The notes under the pieces were generated by a model. It worked only from the letters and a program-made list of their open reading frames with translations. It had not been told where the DNA came from and ran no database searches. Positions 26,020-32,000 of a stretch of 32,000 bases of DNA are shown here, piece after piece; the first letter of the stretch is position 1; the number at the start of each line of letters is the position of its first letter. A program made the translations under genes and the position numbers. The DNA is taken from the NCBI RefSeq assembly GCF_001564455.1, contig NZ_CP011391.1:180001-212000 (forward strand). Reading direction: 5' to 3'. The stretch is from Faecalibaculum rodentium. Its GTDB lineage: Bacteria; Bacillota_I; Bacilli_A; Erysipelotrichales; Erysipelotrichaceae.

Positions 26020-27560
26020 TGGCAGACAAAATCGTCGTGCTGGATTTCGGATCCCAGTACAATCAGCTGATCGCAAGACGGATTCGCGAATTCGGCGTTT
26101 ACTCCGAACTGCATTCCAATGAAATGACACTGAAGGAAATCCAGGCCCTGGGGGATGTCAAAGGCATCGTGTTCTCCGGCGGCCCCAACAGCATTTACGA
26201 AGAAGACGCCCCGAAGTGCGATCCGGCGATCCTGGAAAGCGGAATCCCCATCCTGGGGATCTGCTACGGCATGCAGCTGATGCAGTATGTGCTGGGCGGC
26301 AAGGTGGAAAAAGCCGATTCCCGGGAATACGGCCGGACCGAAATCGATGTGGTGCACCCCACACAGCTGTTCGAGGGGCTCCCGGAACACCAGACTGTCT
26401 GGATGTCCCATGGCATCAAGGTCACGGACCTGGCGCCGGGCTTCGAACAGGTGGCCAAAAGCGACAACTGCCCCTATGCAGCGGCAGCCGATGTAAAAAA
26501 AGGCATGTACTGCCTGCAGTTCCACCCGGAAGTCCGTCACTCTGAATACGGAAACGACATCCTGAAGAACTTCGTCTTCAAAATCTGCCAGGCCGAAGCG
26601 AACTGGTCCATGAAGAACTTCATTGAAGTGGAGAAGGAAAAGATCCGGGAACAGGTGGGCGACGACAAAGTCCTTCTGGGTCTCTCCGGCGGTGTGGATT
26701 CCAGTGTCGTGGCGGCGCTGCTGCACGAAGCCATCGGGGATCAGCTCATCTGCATGTTCATTGACCACGGTCTGCTGCGCAAGGGCGAAGGGGAGTCCGT
26801 CATGGAAACCTTCGGGAAGAACATGAATGTGAACCTGGTGAAGATCGATGCAAAGGACCGCTTCCTGAAAAAGCTGGAAGGCGTCAGCGATCCGGAGAAG
26901 AAGCGCAAGATCCTCGGCAACGAATTTGTCTACACTTTCGACGAGGAAGTCAAGAAGCTGACGGAAGGGGAAGACATCAAGTGGCTGGCACAGGGAACCC
27001 TGTATACGGATGTGATCGAATCCGGCACCAAGACGGCGCAGACCATCAAGTCCCACCACAACGTCGGCGGTCTGCCCAAGGACATGCAGTTCAAGCTGAT
27101 CGAGCCGCTGAACACGCTGTTCAAGGACGAAGTCCGTGCCCTGGGCACGGAACTTGGGCTGCCGGAGGAAATGGTATGGCGTCAGCCGTTCCCCGGACCG
27201 GGTCTGGGCATCCGGATCCTGGGCGATGTGACGGAAGACAAGATCAGAATCGTGCAGGACTCCGATGCGATCCTGCGGGAAGAAATCGCGAAGGCCGGCC
27301 TGGACCGGGACATCTGGCAGTACTTCACCGCGCTGACCAACATGCGCAGCGTGGGTGTCATGGGAGATGAGCGGACGTACGACTATGCCGTGGCCATCCG
27401 TGCAGTAACGTCCATTGACGGCATGACCGCCGACTGGGCCCGGATTCCCTGGGATGTGCTGGACAAAGTGGCCAACCGGATCGTTAATGAAGTGCCCCAC
27501 GTGAACCGCGTGCTGTACGACATCACCTCCAAGCCTCCCGGAACCATCGAATTCGAATAG
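26019..27560 (+). CDS. guaA: GMP synthase (glutamine-hydrolysing)
   Basis: The TAATG junction overlaps the HAD stop. GATase motifs ([14 protein letters not shown]), the ATP-PPase P-loop SGGVDSSV and the C-terminal KPPGTIEFE are present. Length is 513 aa. Confidence 0.97.
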   Translation: MADKIVVLDFGSQYNQLIARRIREFGVYSELHSNEMTLKEIQALGDVKGIVFSGGPNSIYEEDAPKCDPAILESGIPILGICYGMQLMQYVLGGKVEKADSREYGRTEIDVVHPTQLFEGLPEHQTVWMSHGIKVTDLAPGFEQVAKSDNCPYAAAADVKKGMYCLQFHPEVRHSEYGNDILKNFVFKICQAEANWSMKNFIEVEKEKIREQVGDDKVLLGLSGGVDSSVVAALLHEAIGDQLICMFIDHGLLRKGEGESVMETFGKNMNVNLVKIDAKDRFLKKLEGVSDPEKKRKILGNEFVYTFDEEVKKLTEGEDIKWLAQGTLYTDVIESGTKTAQTIKSHHNVGGLPKDMQFKLIEPLNTLFKDEVRALGTELGLPEEMVWRQPFPGPGLGIRILGDVTEDKIRIVQDSDAILREEIAKAGLDRDIWQYFTALTNMRSVGVMGDERTYDYAVAIRAVTSIDGMTADWARIPWDVLDKVANRIVNEVPHVNRVLYDITSKPPGTIEFE

Positions 27561-27568
27561 AAGCAGCC

Positions 27569-27606
27569 AAAAAGCCGGGCGGTTCCCGAGAACCGTCCGG
27601 CTTTTT
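27569..27606 (+). terminator. Intrinsic terminator after guaA
   Basis: AAAAAGCCGGGCGGTTC-ccga-GAACCGTCCGGCTTTTT. Confidence 0.85.
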
Positions 27607-27832
27607 GCGCTGCCTGTGGTGGAGCTGGTCACATGGAGGATCCGGTACTGTGAGAGCTGTGAACCGGACATCAGGCAGGAGGAAGTGTGCTGTTAAAATG
27701 GAGTCAGCAACACACGGGAAGGAGAATGACCTGAGATGAAAGGTGATATTCCACCGCGGACCATGCGGGAAATGCAGAGGTTTGCACGGGAAAGTGGAGT
27801 CTTCGGGGAAAAGAAATGGAGGCATTTCAGGA

Positions 27833-28039
27833 ATGCGGGAAGCGGACTGGTTCTTTTCTTCGCTGACTGTTCTTCAGTCAGCGGATTTCGAAATGGCAGA
27901 GGATGACGATATTTACCGAATAGGTGTAATGGCTCAGTTCAGTGTGACTTTTGAGCTGGCATGGAAAGCGCTGCGTGCAGTCCTCCAGCTGTATGGCGTT
28001 GATGCAGATACTGAATCTTGCCGCAAGATGCTGGGGCTG
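27833..28039 (+). pseudogene. Truncated HEPN-type 'nucleotidyltransferase substrate-binding' (HI0074-like) gene fragment
   Basis: DWFFSSLTVLQSADFEMAEDDDIYRIGVMAQFSVTFELAWKALRAVLQLYGV matches the family pattern I recall (..IQRFEFTFELAWKTLK..L...G). The C-terminal half, including the RxxxxH region, is absent. The ORF then runs into the malQ terminator and gene. No partner nucleotidyltransferase ORF is present. Confidence 0.45.
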
Positions 28040-28075
28040 AGGATTCCCGGCGAATCTGCAGCCGTTTTTTCATGC

Positions 28076-28104
28076 AGAAAAGGCCTCCGCAGCAGGCAGA
28101 GGCC
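28076..28104 (-). terminator. Intrinsic terminator after malQ
   Basis: On the minus strand, GGCCTC-tgcctgctgcg-GAGGCC is followed by TTTTCT, about 15 nt after the stop. Confidence 0.65.
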
Positions 28105-28119
28105 GGCAGGAAACTGGAG

Positions 28120-29682
28120 TCAGCCTTGGACGTCCGTCACAGACTCGATCTCCGCATCCACGACGTTTTTCTTGCGCGGATCGATCCGCTGCTCCGGCAG
28201 CCGCCGGTAGACCCTGGTCAGATACCGCAGGTGCCGCATTGTGTCTTCATTCAGCTGCCCCGGCGTCAGGCGCCACTGCCAGCTGCCAAGCTCACCGGGC
28301 TTGTTCATCCGGCTCTCGCTGCCCAGACCCAGCAGGTCCTGTACCATGACGATCGTCGTATCCGACGGAGAAGCCAGAAGCGTCGACAGCATCTTCCAGT
28401 TCAGCTTCGAGTCATCCCAGGAATCCAGATATTCCCGGACATACTCCTTGTCCTCCCGCGAGAGACCATTGAACCAGCCGTAAATCGTGTCATTGTCATG
28501 CGTTCCCGCGTAACCCACACTGTTGACAGGATAGGAAAACGGCAGATACTCCTGGCCTTCGGTTGTATTCGTAAACAGACCGAATTCCAGCACCTTCATC
28601 CCCGGATATCCGACTTCCTCCAGCATCTTCTCCACCGAAGGTGTCAGGATCCCCAGATCCTCCGCAATGATGTTCTGCTGGCCGATGGCTTTCTTCATCT
28701 CCCGGAACAGATCCGCACCCGGACCCTTGCGCCACGTTCCATGCAGGGCATTCGGTGCATCCGTCTCCACCGTATAGAACGAATCGAAGCCCCGGAAATG
28801 GTCGATCCGCAGAATGTCATACAGATTTGCCATCCGCTGGATCCGCCGGATCCACCAGTGATAGCCGGTCTTTTTGTGGTACGCCCAGTCATAGACCGGG
28901 TTGCCCCACAGCTGGCCCTCGGCGCTGAAGGCATCAGGCGGGACCGCCGCCACCACCGTGGGATTGGACTGTTCGTCCATCAGAAACAGCTCCGGGTGAC
29001 TCCAGGCATCCACAGAATCCATCGCCACATAAATCGGGATATCGCCCAGGATTTCCACATGATGGTCATTGGCGTACTGCTTCATGGCATTCCACTGCCG
29101 GAAAAACAGGAACTGGATCGCCTTGCACATATCCACTTCATTCCGGAAGCGTTCTGTCCATTCCGCGGTTTTCTTCCGGTCATAGACCTTGTACTCCTGA
29201 GGCCAGTCCCGCCACGCACTGCCGCCGTGCGCCTGCTTGATCGCCATGAACAGCGCATAGTCATCCAGCCAGTCGCGGTTGGCCATCAGAAACCGCTGAT
29301 AGTCCGCAGGCGGGTTCTGCAGCAGGCGCCATGCTGCGGTCTTCAGAATGTTCATCCGTTTGCTTGCCAGAATCGGGAAATCCACCCGGTCGGGATAGGT
29401 ATACCACTGCTCATGCTGGAATTCATGCCACTGCAGCAGGCCGTCAAACGCCAGCTGATCCAGATCGATCAGATAGGGGTTTCCCGCGAAGGTCGAATTC
29501 GAGGCATAGGGAGAATCCCCGTAGCCTGTGGGATTGATCGGCAGGATCTGCCAGATGCTCTGTCCATTCCGTTCCAGCAGATCGATGAAGTCCCGCGCCG
29601 GCTGACCCATGGACCCGATGCCATAGGGACCCGGCAGAGACGTTATGTGAAGCATTACGCCGCTTTTTCTCATGTCCGTCAC
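28120..29682 (-). CDS. malQ: 4-alpha-glucanotransferase (amylomaltase, GH77)
   Basis: GVMLHITSLPGPYGIG...DSPY...LRIDHFRGF...IIAEDLG...GTHDNDT are present. The start is GTG 29682 or ATG 29673. Confidence 0.95.
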   Translation of the reverse strand: MTDMRKSGVMLHITSLPGPYGIGSMGQPARDFIDLLERNGQSIWQILPINPTGYGDSPYASNSTFAGNPYLIDLDQLAFDGLLQWHEFQHEQWYTYPDRVDFPILASKRMNILKTAAWRLLQNPPADYQRFLMANRDWLDDYALFMAIKQAHGGSAWRDWPQEYKVYDRKKTAEWTERFRNEVDMCKAIQFLFFRQWNAMKQYANDHHVEILGDIPIYVAMDSVDAWSHPELFLMDEQSNPTVVAAVPPDAFSAEGQLWGNPVYDWAYHKKTGYHWWIRRIQRMANLYDILRIDHFRGFDSFYTVETDAPNALHGTWRKGPGADLFREMKKAIGQQNIIAEDLGILTPSVEKMLEEVGYPGMKVLEFGLFTNTTEGQEYLPFSYPVNSVGYAGTHDNDTIYGWFNGLSREDKEYVREYLDSWDDSKLNWKMLSTLLASPSDTTIVMVQDLLGLGSESRMNKPGELGSWQWRLTPGQLNEDTMRHLRYLTRVYRRLPEQRIDPRKKNVVDAEIESVTDVQG

Positions 29683-29916
29683 TCATTTCTATTCTCTATG
29701 AAAGTATTGTAAGTTTCCCGCGGCGATTGAACAGCCTCAATGAACCAGGAATTGCAAAACGGACTACAGTGTCACAGACCGCCCCTGGAATCCGCAGATG
29801 CCGATGATGGGGGAAAGGGGCGAAAAGGAGAAGAAGGGAGACTTCGATGTCCGGGATTCCATTCGGTTTTCGGGGCAGAATCATCCATCCTGTCTGTCTG
29901 TGACAAGCCACCCGCC

Positions 29917-29944
29917 TTGCAGGATGACCGTTTCCCGCTATAAT
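29917..29944 (+). promoter_or_regulatory. Sigma-70 type promoter for the MATE leader
   Basis: TTGCAG (29917-29922), a 16-nt spacer, then TATAAT (29939-29944). Confidence 0.6.
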
Positions 29945-29963
29945 GGATATCACAGCAAGACAG

Positions 29964-30049
29964 ATCCCCTGCGTCGCCGGATGCAGGACAAGGACGCCCG
30001 GGTTTCCGCCGCAGGCCATTGAAGGCAGGAACCTCAGGCGTCCTTTTTT
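29964..30049 (+). promoter_or_regulatory. Candidate riboswitch/attenuator: a small hairpin competing with an intrinsic terminator in the MATE 5' leader
   Basis: The hairpin GCGTC (29971-29975)/GACGC (29993-29997) has the loop GCCGGATGCAGGACAAG. The terminator is AGGACGCC (29991-29998)/GGCGTCCT (30037-30044) plus T6. GACGC is shared by both helices, so they are mutually exclusive. Confidence 0.45.
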
Positions 30050-30088
30050 CGGCCTGTGCCAACTGAACGCAATGGAAAGGAGACTTTC

Positions 30089-31483
30089 ATGACACACTCT
30101 GCACGCATTCACGATCCCGCCCTGAGAAACGAATTCATCCGCTACACCTCCCTGAGCATCATCGGGATCCTGGGCGTTTCCTGCTATATACTCGCCGACA
30201 CCTGGTTCATTGCCGCAGGCCTGGGCACCACCGGTCTTGCGGCCCTGAACCTGGCCATTCCCGTCTACAGCTTCCTGTGTGGCATCGGGATGATGCTCGG
30301 CATGGGCGGCTCCACCCAGTACACCCTGGCAGGAGCCAGGGACCAGACAGGAAAGAAAGACCGGATCTGGACAGACACCGTGATCCTGGGACTGGTCCTG
30401 TCCATTCCCTTTGTGCTTTTCGGAGCCTTCGGTCCCGATACCGCAGCGACGTGGCTCGGTGCCGATGCCCAGACCCTGGCAGACACCGCCATATACCTTC
30501 GCTGGCTCATGCTGTTTGCACCGGCCTTTCTGCTCAACTACATCCTTCAGGCTTTCATGCGCAACGACGGAAGCCCCCACCTCGCCACCTGGGCCCAGCT
30601 GGCCGGCAGCTTCCTGAACATCGTCCTGGACTGGTTTTTCATTTTTCCCTGCCACATGGGCATGTTCGGGGCCATTCTGGCCACAGTGCTTTCACCCGTT
30701 ACCGGGATCCTGGTCATGCTCCCGCACTTTTGGTCAAAGAGAAACACCCTGCACTTCACAAAAGGCCTGCCAGACAGTCATGTCATGAGACAGGACATTT
30801 CCCTGGGCTTTCCTTCCTTCGTGACCCAGGTCTCTGCCGGCATTGTGATGATTGTCCTCAACACCATTTTCCTGAAACTGGCCGGTAATACCGGCGTGGC
30901 GGCCTATGGTGTGATTGCCAACGTCACGTGTGTCACCACCGCGGTCTTCAACGGCATTGCCCAGGGAATGCAGCCTTTGACCAGCGCCGCCTGTGCTGCT
31001 CATGATCCCGCCCGCCAGCGGCTGTGCCTGCGCTATGCCCTGGTGACGGCGATGATATTTGCGGCAGCCGTCTGCCTGGTCACCTGGGTCTGGCCCGGTC
31101 CCATTGCGGCGGTGTTCAACAGCGAACAGGACCCCATGCTCCAGGCCATTGCCGTTCAGGGACTGGAACTGTATTTTCTCTCCACGCCCTTTGCCGGCAT
31201 CTGCATCATTCTCTCCACCTGGTTTGCCTCGGTCCACGCCCCGAAACCCGGCCAGGTGATGTCCATCGCCCGTGGATTTGTGCTGGTGATTCCCCTGGCC
31301 TATGGCATGGCTGCCCTGTTTTCCACCGCCGGCGCCTGGCTGTCCGTGCCTGTAGCTGAAGCACTTACCGCATTGCTGGGCTGGGTGCTGTACAGAAGAT
31401 ATCTTCGGTCAGCAGAAAGCGGGAATACCGGGATCTCCTGGCAGATGCCACAGAAAAACGGAAATCACTCCAGTGTGATTTGA
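30089..31483 (+). CDS. MATE family efflux transporter
   Basis: ATG 30089 is preceded by AAGGAG. The 464-aa product has 12 predicted TMs and a typical MATE N-terminus (IRYTSLSIIGILGVSCYILADTWFIAAGLGTTGLAALNLAIPVY). The antisense 319-aa ORF was rejected. Confidence 0.88.
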   Translation: MTHSARIHDPALRNEFIRYTSLSIIGILGVSCYILADTWFIAAGLGTTGLAALNLAIPVYSFLCGIGMMLGMGGSTQYTLAGARDQTGKKDRIWTDTVILGLVLSIPFVLFGAFGPDTAATWLGADAQTLADTAIYLRWLMLFAPAFLLNYILQAFMRNDGSPHLATWAQLAGSFLNIVLDWFFIFPCHMGMFGAILATVLSPVTGILVMLPHFWSKRNTLHFTKGLPDSHVMRQDISLGFPSFVTQVSAGIVMIVLNTIFLKLAGNTGVAAYGVIANVTCVTTAVFNGIAQGMQPLTSAACAAHDPARQRLCLRYALVTAMIFAAAVCLVTWVWPGPIAAVFNSEQDPMLQAIAVQGLELYFLSTPFAGICIILSTWFASVHAPKPGQVMSIARGFVLVIPLAYGMAALFSTAGAWLSVPVAEALTALLGWVLYRRYLRSAESGNTGISWQMPQKNGNHSSVI

Positions 31484-31542
31484 AAACCGGAGAAACAGAA
31501 AGCCGCAAACCTGGTGAGGGGATGCGGCTTGATGATTCCGAA

Positions 31543-32000
31543 TCAGTTTTTCATGCTGTTCTGCATTTCCTGCCAGTACTGTTCAAACAGCTGTTCAGAA
31601 CTGGTAGCCTGCAGATATTCATTGGTGCGGTCCTGTTTGTCAAGCCAGGAATAAAGCTGATGAGCTCTGTTTCTTCCTTCTGTCCTGCCTTTCCTGATGC
31701 CCGCTGCTTCGCCCTTTCTGATGCCTGCTGCTTCGCCCTTTCTGATGCCTGCTGCTTCGCCGTGCTGGAATCCAGCCCGCAGAGCTGCATCCGCCTGTGC
31801 CTTGCTCAGACACGTATATGCCAGTTCCATGGTATATTCCTCCTTCGATTCAATCATCTTCAACAGTTCTTCGTCATCAATCTCCATGCCGCTCAGATAT
31901 GCCAGTCCTTTGACTGTCCACACCGGATGATGGATTTCTCCTGTATTCACAGTATACTGCCTGCCCTCCCGTTTTGCCTTGAGCAGTCCGGCGAAATATC
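31543..32000 (-). CDS. C-terminal part of an unknown protein with a 3x EAAGIRKG repeat; the 5' end lies beyond the window. It may be the tail of an Rpn/PD-(D/E)XK 'putative transposase' family protein.
   Basis: The minus frame is open to the window edge (YFAGLLKAKREGRQYTVNTGE...). The repeat-plus-helical-tail layout resembles the (E/K)G(I/R)-repeat tails I recall in Rpn-family proteins. This is a weak call. Confidence 0.4.
   Translation of the reverse strand, partial: YFAGLLKAKREGRQYTVNTGEIHHPVWTVKGLAYLSGMEIDDEELLKMIESKEEYTMELAYTCLSKAQADAALRAGFQHGEAAGIRKGEAAGIRKGEAAGIRKGRTEGRNRAHQLYSWLDKQDRTNEYLQATSSEQLFEQYWQEMQNSMKN
31689..31760. repeat. 24-bp x3 tandem repeat inside the CDS
   Basis: CCTTTCTGATGCCTGCTGCTTCGC-like units, two identical and one with 3 substitutions. 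They are in frame and encode GEAAGIRK x3. Confidence 0.9.

Noticed and set aside
25935-27671. 578-aa minus-strand ORF opposite guaA
   Set aside because: It is antisense to a full-length, motif-complete GMP synthase. Its composition is low-complexity and it runs through the guaA terminator.
28018-29712. 564-aa plus-strand ORF opposite malQ
   Set aside because: It is antisense to a complete GH77 amylomaltase. The product is Arg/Pro/His/Gln-rich with no motifs. Only its first ~20 codons overlap the HEPN-like fragment, and in a different frame.
29847-29903. 18-aa sORF (MSGIPFGFRGRIIHPVCL) with a GGGAGA RBS upstream of the MATE promoter
   Set aside because: It is too short to evaluate, there is no conservation evidence, and it lies upstream of the predicted -35 so it would not be on the leader transcript. 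It is noted only in case comparative data support it.
29696-30655. 319-aa minus-strand ORF overlapping the MATE promoter, leader and 5' end
   Set aside because: The plus-strand MATE gene has an RBS, 12 hydrophobic segments and family-typical sequence. The antisense product is Gly/Pro/Gln-rich and spans obviously non-coding leader.
31689-31760. CRISPR-like regular repeats
   Set aside because: The units are directly abutting 24-bp repeats with no spacers, they are in frame inside a CDS, and they encode an amino-acid repeat.

Overview
This is a high-GC (by eye roughly 55-60%), Firmicutes-like chromosomal window, and most of it is housekeeping. It holds the C-terminal two thirds of trpE followed by translationally coupled trpG-D-C-F-B-A. 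Next come a TauE/SafE permease and an SDR oxidoreductase. A metY-metA operon with a T-box leader lies on the minus strand, followed by a small DUF4298-like gene. A MacB-type ABC operon on the minus strand encloses a 544-aa surface protein. The plus strand then carries rarA-tsaE-tsaB-rimI-tsaD-HAD-guaA, followed by malQ (minus), a MATE exporter and a partial repeat protein. An accessory islet at about 8.16-12.9 kb holds three items. The first is an apparently intact group IIC intron placed exactly behind the SDR terminator. The second is an orphan lipoprotein substrate-binding gene with a strong promoter and RBS but an in-frame amber codon. The third is a lower-GC AlbA_2/HATPase_c_4 gene bracketed by related palindromes, one a perfect 58-bp palindrome. 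The least explained signals are non-coding. (1) Two paralogous 160-bp terminator-ended structured elements (15562-15721, 15854-16013) are separated by a 51-54 bp tandem array. Their conserved C/U-rich single-stranded core reappears at the RBS and in the leader of the ABC operon 5 kb away. (2) A promoter-aptamer-terminator leader precedes the MATE gene, and its hairpin loop resembles the guanidine-III core. (3) A decayed ORF is bracketed by 30-bp-phased GGATTnAATCC palindromes. No rRNA, tRNA or CRISPR was seen. All homology calls come from motif recognition by eye, since no searches were run.
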